Shown: in pieces, positions 11,199 through 21,746 of the stretch
Numbering within the stretch: the stretch's first letter is position 1
How the letters are laid out: the number at the start of each line of letters is the position of its first letter
DNA from: Babesia bigemina
Lineage: Eukaryota
Assembly (NCBI RefSeq): GCF_000981445.1
Contig: NC_027218.1
Location: forward strand, 2,604,001-2,668,000
DNA: 64,000 bases
Direction: 5' to 3'
Notes under the pieces: generated by a model
What the model saw: only the letters and a program-made list of their open reading frames with translations
Told to the model about the DNA's origin: nothing
The model's database searches: none
Translations under genes and position numbers: made by a program

Positions 11199-11482
11199 AT
11201 ATGCATAAATGCGGTGCTACGCGACAAGGTACAGCGCAGCTGCGTATGTGTTGATTGTGGAAACCATACGTAACCTATAATGCTTCTTAACCACCTGAAC
11301 AACAAGCATCAATATATCTAAAACCGATTTTGAATTAAGCCGTATACTGTTGGGTAACTGTGGAATGCGTCGCACCAACGCGGTGGAAACAAACTGCATA
11401 CTCGTACCTAGGCTTTTTTGTGAGTTGGCAATAAGACCAACATGCGACGTGATATCCGCCAGTAACACAATTCGGCGCGTTA

Positions 11483-12340
11483 TTACGCTGTAGTAATCGG
11501 TTGCAGAAGCGTCATAATTTCGGCAGTTGACTTTATTTTGACAATGTCGCCGCCTTCGGGTCTGTTTGCCGCATCGTCACCGTTTTCGTCGCCTTCGAAG
11601 GCGAAGTGCATTACATTTGCGACTTTACCCAGAATAGTCTGTACGACAGTCGCATCCGATTCCATATGCAGCAGTGGTTGAAGTTGCCTAGTCATGGATG
11701 CACGCCCAGCGCTTGTGGTGGAGAAGAGCACCCTCTGCGATGACGTAAAAAACTAAGAGTGTCCGGGACTCACATGTTTTAACAGCTGTTCTCCAAAACT
11801 ACCGGCCATTTCCATGGCATCCAGTACAGTTGCGATAGTCTCTTGATTAGGCACCTGTCGCATATTGTGGGCATTGTAAAGTTGAATCGCCTAACCTGCA
11901 CGAACAGGTAGAGCTGGAACTTGGTGCCTAAGGGTATTAGTGGTGCTAGGTGCTCTTGAATGATTTCATAGGTCCCCTTCTTAAATACAAGCTGCATGAT
12001 ATAGTGCGCCTCCACATGTGAGCCTACGTCGTTTATAAATATCGACAGCGACGGTTTTAAAACGGTCCTGTATGGCGGTTGCATAATCTGTGTAATACTG
12101 TCGCACCTTTTCTCTTCAGTCTCGACTGGCGGTGCCCTTCTCGTGCGCCATAATTGTGAAGGTCTGAAATAGAGCGCACAAAATGCTAATAGCAGAGACG
12201 TTATGCCTGCGTACGAATGTATTGTTATATTGGGGTGATTTGTGCACGTTTTCTGTGGCCTACTGTAGCGTACCGAAGAGTATTGTGGCAAAAACTATGC
12301 CTTGGTCAAATGCCGCATCTGCTGCAGGACTCGTCTTCAT
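11483..12340 (-). CDS. PEX22: PEX22-like (plant-type) N-terminally anchored protein (4 exons)
   Basis: Hand-spliced product starts MKTSPAADAAFDQGIVFATILFGITSLLLAFCALYF (TM). It later reads LYLFVQVPNQETIATVLDAMEMAGGFGEQLLKHRVLFSTTSAGRASMTRQLQPLLHME, resembling the plant PEX22 KVLFCST..GR.SFVRQLEP.WHID motif. Confidence 0.7.
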
Positions 12341-12744
12341 GACTCCATATATCAATATGCGATTCCCGGATTAGTTTGCCGTATTCATCGGTGCATCATA
12401 TGGATGCTACCTCCCGTGATGCCGACAGCGGCTCCCGATGTGTAGACAGGTAAACCTAATATATGTCCGAGGGCAACGACCCGTCCGTTTCGATATGACT
12501 ACACCGACATTTATACTGAGTTGTATCCCACTATTTCGGGCTTATTGCGTTGCCGCGCAACATTTCCCAAACAGCACGATGTGCCACACTAATGTGGACA
12601 CACCCAGCCGCATTTGTTAACAATTTGCAACTCGATTGTCTAAATTTGAGCTTTAAATGCACTTGGTAAAATTACAAGGCATTTAACGTACTATGTGTAC
12701 ATGAATGAGCGCGGAATTCGCAATTGTGTGTTTGCTCATGGGTG

Positions 12745-13260
12745 ATGTCGTTTTTACGTTTCTCAGTGTTGATTGCGTTTCTGCTGCCATTCGTTGACGG
12801 CAATTTAGCACTTCGTGCCGTAGTGCAGGTGATTTGTATGCGTCGTAGACGGCCCAAGTGTCAATTTCGGCAACAAACGCACGTGTGTACCAGGGTGCAG
12901 TTGACGTGCTCCCACCAATAACGACATCAGCACACATCCAATCGTTTTATGCACGGGCAGTTTTGGAATCACGGCCGCTGCTCGATTTAACACAAATTTA
13001 TATTTTTTATTTGTATCAAACCGTCATACTGGGCCGTCACTCGTCGCATACTGATGTGCATACAGGTTTCACGCATCTGTTGTCCAGATTCATTGCGCCT
13101 CGGAATGTTGAATGCGCTTTGATACACTGGCTTAGCGACACTGTTCCGCACGTTTTTCGGATTCTGCTATTCTAATTTTTGGTTTACTCCGACTTAGCGG
13201 CGTTGCCTTTCGGTCTAACGCCTCAACAATACGAAAATCTGGGCGTATATCGGATGCGTT
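12745..13260 (+). CDS. Possible small secreted hypothetical protein (multi-exon, 3' end unresolved)
   Basis: MSFLRFSVLIAFLLPFVDG is signal-peptide-like and is followed by a GT-AG intron into an open frame (GAVDVLPPITTSAH...). Confidence 0.25.
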
Positions 13261-13427
13261 AGAAGGTATATAGTGATTCTATCAATACAAAACAATTGGT
13301 TCCCGAACCATCTGATTGTTTTGAGTTGCCTGTTTTGGAGTCTGCATATACATCTGCCTTACGGTATAATTTTGGCATATTGGATAATGTTATAGGGTCT
13401 GGATAAACAGTCGTTGTAAATAACAAA

Positions 13428-14551
13428 ATGAAGTCTTTCTTGTTCTCTCTGTTCGCATTTTCCGGTGCACTGTTGGCACTGCTATTGGTTGGGGCGGAGA
13501 AGGTGAACGATGCTCCGCTGGTGTCGCACAAACCGCCAACAGGCAATTCTTTGTTGACTAACACATCTGAGTGTGCGACTCTACATGGAAACGGTTTGCG
13601 CGTTTGCAGTACCGTCTTCGCTGTTGATGGGGAGTTAGACGGCAAGCGTTGCGATGAAGCCGCTTGCAAGTTACAATGTTGCCACGCTGCCAAGCAGTGC
13701 CAGCAATCGCACTACTTATCGCTGACCAGCGAGGAGTGCATCTATTCGCAACTGCAGCAACGAATGGGGAGGTGTTGTGTTGTGGGAAAATCCACTGGTG
13801 GTAAGTGTTCTTGCTATACATCTTGTTTGCATCGTTTAGATTATAACGTAATAATTGCGTAACGAGTATGCGGTTACATACTTACCATATGCGTATGGAA
13901 CCGTATACTTCTATTTTGCCTGACTCCGGATCCGCAATTGGATTCTGTCGGCTGGCTGTGGTGCACAAGTACCGGTAGATGGATGCCAATTTCATCTTTC
14001 AAGCTATTTGCATATTGCTAAACCTATGTCTAATCACGTGCAGCAACAATGGTCTATGCCGGAGGAGCGGTAGTGGGCATGATTATCGTCAGCGGCCTTT
14101 ACTTCATCGTGTCGATGGGATCGTAAGTGATGTTACATATAAAGCGTCCGCCGGGATGCTGGTGTTGCGCTATCACGCGTTGTACACTGCATTAGGCAGA
14201 CGTTGCTCACTGATTCAAGTGTGTGTATGCCTCTCATCGCAATCCTTTTCCCGGATAACTGGACTGTTATGGGTGTCGCAGTCCGGTGTCATCGGTGAAA
14301 AGTTTTGCCAGCGAGCAGGAGTGTATTTGTCTACACATATTGTCGGCATGTGTGTTCTAGTGCCTCATTTTTGTCTACTTCTGCTCGCATACGCTCATCA
14401 CTGTTTCAGACACAAGAAGGTGATAAAGGGCGAGAAGCCAACAGATGACGAAGAGGGGGAAGATGGCAAATTGTACGAAACTAAAACGCCTCATATGGAC
14501 GTAAACCAGCTCATTGCTACCGACGGCGACGATGTCTTCTGGGAGGACTGA
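13428..14551 (+). CDS. Type I membrane protein with 10-Cys ectodomain and TRAP-like acidic Trp tail, 197 aa (exons 13428-13800, 14044-14122, 14410-14551)
   Basis: Signal peptide MKSFLFSLFAFSGALLALLLVGA. Both introns are gtaagt...cag with compatible phases. TM VYAGGAVVGMIIVSGLYFIV; tail ...DDEEGEDGKLYETK...DGDDVFWED*. Confidence 0.8.
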
Positions 14552-14885
14552 GGGATCTGGCGCGTGGTTCCATGCATGTTAGCGTGGCTCACGGCGGCGC
14601 GCAGACGCCCTTTTATATTAAACATATTTAAGTATTATAATGTAGCATTGGTATAGCCCACACAGTTTCGTCAGCATGTCGTCATACGGTTTTAAGGCTC
14701 CTGCGATGTCGCGCGAGGTCATCGCAGAGCTCGAGCGCAAATACAAACAAGGTTCGTCCTGCGTACTGTTTCGTGTGTCGCCAATTTGTGTCACATCTCG
14801 ATCGGTGCCGTGAATCGCTGTCAGTTGAAATAATTAAGCCGGTGTGGCTCTTTACGGCGCGATTTCGCCTTTCGGTCATACCGCT

Positions 14886-15511
14886 ATGAAACCATTGAAT
14901 GCGCGCGCACCGAGTCAAAATGGAGCGTGTACACAACCTATGATATATTTGGGGTGTGGTTGGTCATATGATATTATGCTTCACGTGATGTGTTTGTTAA
15001 TAGGTACCTTTGTCGGCCCTGTGCGGCCATCTACATCGATATACGTGATGTCTAAGCTCTTTGCGTGACTGATTGTGACCGTTATGGCATCTTTTAATCA
15101 TTTGCAGCTACACCGGTCCGCGAAGGTGTGGTGAAGGTGCCCCCCAAGGAGGTCGACGTTTGCGGCGTCTCCAGCCCGGATCAGCACGCGATTCATATTG
15201 CGACACCACCCAAACAACCCGACACTGATACAGATAAACCCGTAGACAAGTCCGCCATTTTGGAAAAGCTGACGGCCAACACTCCGAACTTGTCACCGGG
15301 CTTCAGGTTGATCGCCGACGCCAAGGTTTGCCTAAAGGTAAGTAGTTTGGCTTGTTGTTGCTCCACACGCGCTGGATCGGCAGTGCAAGTGTTGCGCATT
15401 GTGTAATTAATTACTGTGTTGAGTGCTAGTTGTCTCTTATTTTCCTTTGGTCATAATTAACTGCAGGGCAACAACCAGAGCCCCGACGCGCTTCACCGTC
15501 GTGGAGTGTAG
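14886..15511 (+). CDS. Hypothetical protein, multi-exon (start uncertain)
   Basis: Clear internal exon ~15108-15337 (TPVREGVVKVPPKEVDVC...ADAKVCLK) bounded by ttgcag and gtaagt. Last exon GNNQSPDALHRRGV* ends at 15511. Confidence 0.4.
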
Positions 15512-15517
15512 ATGCGA

Positions 15518-16311
15518 TTACACGGTTTTGATTATAGCGGCACAGAGGTCCTGTCTGCAGGCGATGATATCACTGCGATATGACTGCACGCGCAAAAATG
15601 ACATTGTGGCAGCCAGTGGGCATACTTCGCCACCGTTAGGAAACGGGCACGTTATGTACACAAGATGTCACCGTATATTGTGGCAACACACAGAACACCA
15701 CAATGTGTATAATGTTGTCATTGTGCACGTAATCGTGTGCATTTGTGAGCTTACCCGAGCACTGCCTTGGCTTTTATCCAGGGGTCGGTGGATCCTTGTG
15801 CCTCTGCCAGCAGCTCCTGCAGTACTTGAGTGGCCCGGTCCTTGTCAATTTGGTCGACTGGCACAGCCTCTACTGCTGACACCTCCGCTACACTGTCGCC
15901 GTCTACGCTTGATATTTTGAAGAATCCAGACGACAGGAAATACTTGGCAACTTCGCCGGTATCTCCGCAAACAACCGACACAACGCCGGGTTTAAGGTTG
16001 CTGAGCATGGCAGAGTGGCCCTTTGTGACCGTGAAGTATCCCTCAGAGCCTGCGCGCGGGTAAGTTGCTTTAAAACAAGTCACGAGAGCGCCATTGCGGT
16101 GCGACACGACAATAGCTGGATGTACTGCGTATGACATTTAATCTCAATCACTCTCGCTATGCAGCATTTCCTTCCTACCTGGCAAAGTGGCCTGCTTCAC
16201 GACCTTTTTGCTCACGAGCGTTGTATGCGGTGTCATGAGCGAGAAAACCAGATTCCCGCTACCTGCCGTGTTGGCAGCATGTCTGAGAATTCTGGAGAAT
16301 TGAACCACCAT
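15518..16311 (-). CDS. ATP5F1D: Mitochondrial ATP synthase F1 delta subunit (3 exons)
   Basis: Presequence-like MVVQFSRILRH, then LVFSLMTPHTTL..VKQATLPG|SEGYFTVTKGHSAMLSNLKPGVV..KYFLSSGF..AEVSAVEAVPVDQID. Last exon GQDLCAAIIKTV*. Confidence 0.9.
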
Positions 16312-16867
16312 TTTGGTCTGTTATAGGTAATGACTGGTGGTCGCTACGGCGTGACCGGCAGCTGCTACATATGTGCGAGCATCGCTTTACCTTTGAGAAT
16401 GCCACACCTCTCGGCAGCGGTGATTTCAATAGTCGTTAGCATAAATCGCTACTTAATGAGCGTACAAACGGTAAAAACTTTTATGTGCCTTAAGTGTGTA
16501 GCTAGACATGGCAGTTGCCGAGAGAGGCAGTAAGCTAAGAGATGTATAGTGTCAAGAACTTCTTTCTTGCTGTTATCAACTGTACATAGTTATTAGACAG
16601 CAATTACCCACGAGTTACAGTTACAATGATTGGCGAATCAAATTTACAGGCGCGACATATTCCAAGCACGCATTGACTGGGAATAACCCTGCTAGACTAT
16701 TCGATGCCGAACTATAGCACGAATGCATTCTAACGTTTCCACGGCATGAGATTGGTATTGTGTAACAGGCAATGATACCGCGGTGCGCCCGGTGATCGAT
16801 CACCATGGGATGGGGGCCGAGCTCATTATTCGTTTTTTTCCGCATCGCAACACCGGAAGATACACAA

Positions 16868-17870
16868 ATGAGGAGAGTTTTTTTAAAACGCGCCTACCGG
16901 TAAGTGATTGTGTAGTCTGATTTATCGTTTCGTGCTTTGCGGTGTCGAGAATCCAGGAGCATCGAGATGGGCATCACCGCTTCTGGCTTTAGCGGTTGGA
17001 TGTCTGCTATCCAAGCGATTCGACGCCAATATGCGATAGTTTTTGTCTGTATATGAGGGCTAAAAGTCGTGTTATGTTGCATATTACTGTCACTTTTGTA
17101 GTCCAGCGTTAACCTTTTCTCAGCGAGGCGGTGAGCTGGTTTGGCTCTGAAAACTATCGCAAGGCGTTTAAATGCGCGCCCCGTGTGTCTGTGCTGCAGT
17201 CAGACTATCGCTCAATCAGGTTTGTTTTGTTTTCTTGCAGTTCATACCCTACAGGAGCCCGTTGCTGATGCGCATGGGGACCCTTGACGAGGTTCGCGAG
17301 GCCCTGCGGCTGAAAATCGGCGGTCAGCAGTCGTTGTGGGACAACTGCCTGGGCCTCACTGGTGTGGGTGAGTTCTGTGGTTTGGAGGCCGTCTGTTTTG
17401 GCGATCATATTGGGGGCAAGATTTCAGTACAAGGCATGAATGTCTGTTTTGATATACAATGCTCCAGCTCAACCTAGTGAGTCGGCAGGCGTTTTCTGAG
17501 CTGTGGCACTGCGGTCGTAATTTTCGTGCACTGATAGGGGCAGCGCCAATTTATTCCTGAGCTTAGTTAATGGTCGTATGCATCGCACATGGGCTATACG
17601 CATTTTTAGCCTGCAACAGCGACATGTAGCATCCTCCGTTGTCGTTTGCCTCACAGGCGTGCATATTGTTGTGTCGCTATGCCTTCATTAGATTCTTTCG
17701 TTGCGTTACATACTGCGCCGCAGATGTTTCTTCCCTCGAAGACTACGTCCGGAAGTGCCTCGACTCCTACACATGTATGATGCCATTACTACAACAGTTT
17801 TGTTGGCTAAACTTGAGAATCCACGAGGTTACCCATGTCATTGCTTTGCAGCCGCATGGTCGACCATATT
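16868..17870 (+). CDS. Hypothetical multi-exon protein (boundaries uncertain)
   Basis: Series of short exon-like segments between GT-AG pairs (MRRVFLKRAYR|SIEMGITASGFSGW...; FIPYRSPLLMRMGTLDEVREALRLKIGGQQSLWDNC; DVSSLEDYVRKCLDSY). Confidence 0.35.
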
Positions 17871-19239
17871 AAACAGCTCAACCATCATGCTACAAGTAAC
17901 ACGCAAAAGGGAGACCATTACGTTGGATATTAAAGTCTGAAGCCTGTCAAACAACTGCAAACCCGGTGCAATACAGTTTTGCGCTGCTATTTACGAGGTA
18001 GGTATTGTTCAGTGCTGCTGCCTATATGCGATAGTAAAGTTTTGCGGCGTTTTTTGCTGATGTAATTTTGCTGCCTCACTTCCGTGTCGTTTTGTGTAGT
18101 AATCGCTGAATTCAATGATTTCATCGCCATAATATTAATTACACTTTAGTTTTAGATACACCACTTAAGAACATTTGGCTAGTCGCATTAGCGTCACCAA
18201 GGTTTACAGTAGTGTCTAAAAAACTGCTTCGTAATTTTTTAGTTGGCGTTCCCACGTGTATCAGCGCTTAAATGCTCTATTGCACCTCTGTTTGTTGATG
18301 TCTGGCATTGGAATGTCCGTAAGGCGGCACGTGTTACGTGATGTTGGTGACAGAAACATGGATACCGAACAATTACCGTGATACATCCTATATGCATAAC
18401 GCCTTACTGCCTGATCCATTATGGTTTGAATTATGCTAACAAGTTTTACGTATCACGAATTTAAGTAACCTGGGGTGGGGCCAAGTAATTTGACTTCATG
18501 TTATATTTGGTTGAGACATTTTCTTATGAGTTCAGTATCATCATTATTATGTTCGCTCATCTTACAGTGTACTATGTGGCTACGTGCCTTGGGCCGGTTT
18601 TCGTGTTTGCGGGGCTAACGCCTCACGCTGATACTGGTTGCGGGTTCCACGTCGGTCCATTGCCGGTCGTCACTGGTGCCATCCATGCGGGCATCCATCC
18701 AGTTTGGGCTTGAGGGTCTTCTACGGAATCGTAGTCTTCTTTCGGCTTCATATCCCTCATCACTATTTTATGTGTTTCTTGGATCACTACCTGTTGGATG
18801 TGAATAATGTTATGCATTGCGCATTATACGTGGGATTACCGGATTCCGCATACTTCGTTAATGCTGGGTTCTATCTCACTGAGTCGGTCCACGGAGAAAC
18901 GACATTGCTGCGTTGCTCTACAGCTCCACGTACAACAGCCCAGCTGCCCTAATGTGATACAGCACTATTAAAATGCACGGGTTTGGGTATTAACAACTGA
19001 GTCACAGTGCAAGAGGTAAAAAGCGTATCTGGCTGAGGGCACCCAACATCCGTGCACTATGGGGTTACACTGAGTAGGAATACCATCACTGACCATTAAT
19101 GTTTATAATCTGTGTTGCATTGCTGTGTCAGTACTAAGTACTGTATGCGCAACCATTTCCTAAGATAAACCGCCAATATTTACATCAGATGTCACATGGC
19201 TACACCAAGGCTACGTGGACTAGGTTAGGGTATTACATG

Positions 19240-19497
19240 TTAGTGAAGCGAGGGCTTGGTTCCAGCGAACGCATCGTATAGTTGGTCCAATACTGTCATG
19301 AGGCTTTGTTTGTGGACTTTCGCGCAGATGTAAAGAACCAAGAAAACGAGGGCTGCTAAGCCGATAATGCTGAAAAACACGATGCAACCGTAAACCGCTA
19401 TAGTATGCATACAACACTTACACGTACAACCAATTTTGCAACACTTTTGTGGTTGGTCACACGGTTTTCCGGTCCTATTACATTCACATGAACTCAT
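19240..19497 (-). CDS. Very small Cys/Lys-rich TM protein (family member C), 85 aa
   Basis: MSSCECNRTGKPCDQPQKCCKIGCTCKCC followed by TM IAVYGCIVFFSIIGLAALVFLVLYIC. Same architecture and tandem position as the other members; start context aagATG. Confidence 0.6.
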   Translation of the reverse strand: MSSCECNRTGKPCDQPQKCCKIGCTCKCCMHTIAVYGCIVFFSIIGLAALVFLVLYICAKVHKQSLMTVLDQLYDAFAGTKPSLH

Positions 19498-20393
19498 CTT
19501 TTCTAGAGATCACTTAACAACCACTCTGCACAGCTATGAACAACGAACCTCACGACTCTAACACTCTCAGCAACTGACGATACACAGTGACCATACCCCC
19601 ACCTTTACCCTGCCCTCCGCCTTATGCTGGGGTGACCGTCAATCTAGACATCACAACGCTGACACGCCAAAAACAAACCCTACCGCATGCGTTCATAAGA
19701 AATGTCTAGGTTGTGATTTAGTAATACAGCAACTAGCAACGTAGTATCCACGCAAGGCTCCAAGTCTACGGAACATCTGCTTCGTTCCACCCTGGGTATT
19801 GTGATGTCACCAGCTGACCTAAGTCGCTTGCTTGATGTTTTTATTGCCACAATGCTGCCACTGATCACGCCACATTACAGCACCATCTCACTCACATGTT
19901 ACCTGCTAACCGAACAGATGGCCCGTCACGTCACATGGTACATCACTCATCAGGTGACGGCCTGGACTACCAGCGGATAAGTTCCACTATTCGCTTGAGA
20001 TGAGGTAGACAACCCCAACAAAGTAGCTAGTACGACGCCATGCCAGCAGATTCTCATTAACTGAATCTTGCGGGTTAGGTGACGCTATACCAGAGGAGAG
20101 GGATGCGCGGTGCCTGAGGCGCAGGTTTTGCATCCGTGCTCAAACTCCTTATTGCAAGCACCATCGTCTGTGTGCTTACGATGCACAAGTCACAAATCGT
20201 CAAGCAATATGAAAATGATGACGATGACGATAACTGCGGCGACGGCGGAGTAGGGCGGATGTTATGGTCACCTCGCTGCTCATGTGATTGGTCATCAACG
20301 CAATCATTACTCTGTCTAGACATTAGATGTAGTTAGCAATTAAGTGATCATAGGGATATAGAATACGATGTTTGCGCTAACCAATTGCTGATC

Positions 20394-20948
20394 TCAGCTG
20401 TAGAACGCGATGCAGAAGGGTATCTTGCGTACGAGGAAATCGCGGATGTTGCGGCCCACCGGAAAGCGGAAGATGCACAGGTCGAGCAGGATGATGGCGA
20501 CGATGATGGCAACGATGACGGCGGCGATGGCTTGGGGGTTAGAGGGGGAATTGCTTTCTTGGATGTGATCTTCGGAAATGAACGGTTGCGGTTGACTGAA
20601 AGAATCAGACTCAGCATGGGAGGAATCAGGGGGAAGCTGTGGAGCAGGGGGAGCGGGGGGACTGCACTTGTCAGCCTGCTCTGCACATTTCTTTTTACAA
20701 CATGTACATTTACATTTGGTAAAGTCGGGACATGGCTTTTTTTTCTGCGCATCACATCCCGAGGGATGACAGTCATTCTTATTTCGGTGTTTTTCAAAAT
20801 TTAGGAAACACGCAGTACAACTGTCGTAACCTTTTTTATTACATTCTATACAACACCACGGACAGCAATAACAAGCCGTAAATGTTAGACATCCATAATC
20901 ACACACATCACACGGAGCACCGGACATCCACGTCCTCCCCCCCGTCAT
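20394..20948 (-). CDS. Small Cys/Lys-rich protein with C-terminal TM (family member A2), 184 aa
   Basis: CYCCPWCCIEC, CPDFTKCKCTCCKKKC; C-terminus NPQAIAAVIVAIIVAIILLDLCIFRFPVGRNIRDFLVRKIPFCIAFYS near-identical to A1. Confidence 0.8.
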   Translation of the reverse strand: MTGGRTWMSGAPCDVCDYGCLTFTACYCCPWCCIECNKKGYDSCTACFLNFEKHRNKNDCHPSGCDAQKKKPCPDFTKCKCTCCKKKCAEQADKCSPPAPPAPQLPPDSSHAESDSFSQPQPFISEDHIQESNSPSNPQAIAAVIVAIIVAIILLDLCIFRFPVGRNIRDFLVRKIPFCIAFYS

Positions 20949-20977
20949 CTTCCCGCTCTCCTCCCAGTCCCCTCAAC

Positions 20978-21013
20978 CTGCTAGCATATCAATCACCTAA
21001 GCAACGCACTCAC
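20978..21013 (-). other. Putative 36-nt 5'UTR intron of Cys-rich gene A2
   Basis: gtgagtgcgttgcttaggtgattgatatgctagcag, nearly identical to 29897-29932 and followed by gttgaggggactgggagg..gaagATG. Confidence 0.55.
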
Positions 21014-21746
21014 CAACCTACTATGTACCACTCACCTCAGCAAAGGACACTGAGGCCGTCTCCCATCGGCGTTACGGTAGCACCCAGTCAACCGCCATTT
21101 TGAGCACCGCGTGTTACATATAAACTATGCAGACACCACCACGTACCTGCTACCGAGGTAGAGCTTGTGGAAGGTATCCTGGCCGTGGCATGCAGGTCAA
21201 CCGGTGTCAGTCGTTGAGTCAACCCCATCCATCACAGACCGTACAACGTTGGCGGCGCCGACAACCGCTGTAACATTTGTGTCTTAATGAATGCCTATGT
21301 GAGGCACATTGCTTGGTAAATCCGTTTATCATTTACTCTGTTACCATCAATGCCACGTAACCACGCCGTCCACCGGCCATCACGTCACAGTCCCGGTGAC
21401 ACTGAATAGAGATGCACGCGATAATACCATGTCAACCAATCATAACAGACAATTGAAGCGACCTAATGTGGTCGTACTCAGTCGCCTAGGTTGATGACCA
21501 ATCACCCAGTTATACATCACTGGCCAGGCGAGATGCCGTAGACATCTCTCACAGGTAACTCACAACTCAGCTTACCGTATTCAGCCATCTCTTAAGTGGG
21601 CTACATGTGCATAGTTGTGCCTGGCAGCAGTCACGCTTTTCTCTCACCACGGTGCCATAGATGCTGCAGTAACACAACTAACCACTAGTGCTGTAGTGCG
21701 ATCCATCACACGGCAAGTAATGACTACATTAATGTGGTAATGATTA

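Noticed and set aside
13979..14409. N-terminal part of the 190-aa ORF 13979-14551
   Set aside because: Mostly intron and out-of-frame exon 2 of the TRAP-tailed gene; only the last ~47 codons are coding.
18350..18952. Hydrophobic short ORFs between the housekeeping island and the Cys-rich genes
   Set aside because: No consistent exon chain or recognisable motif; may be decayed sequence but cannot be supported.
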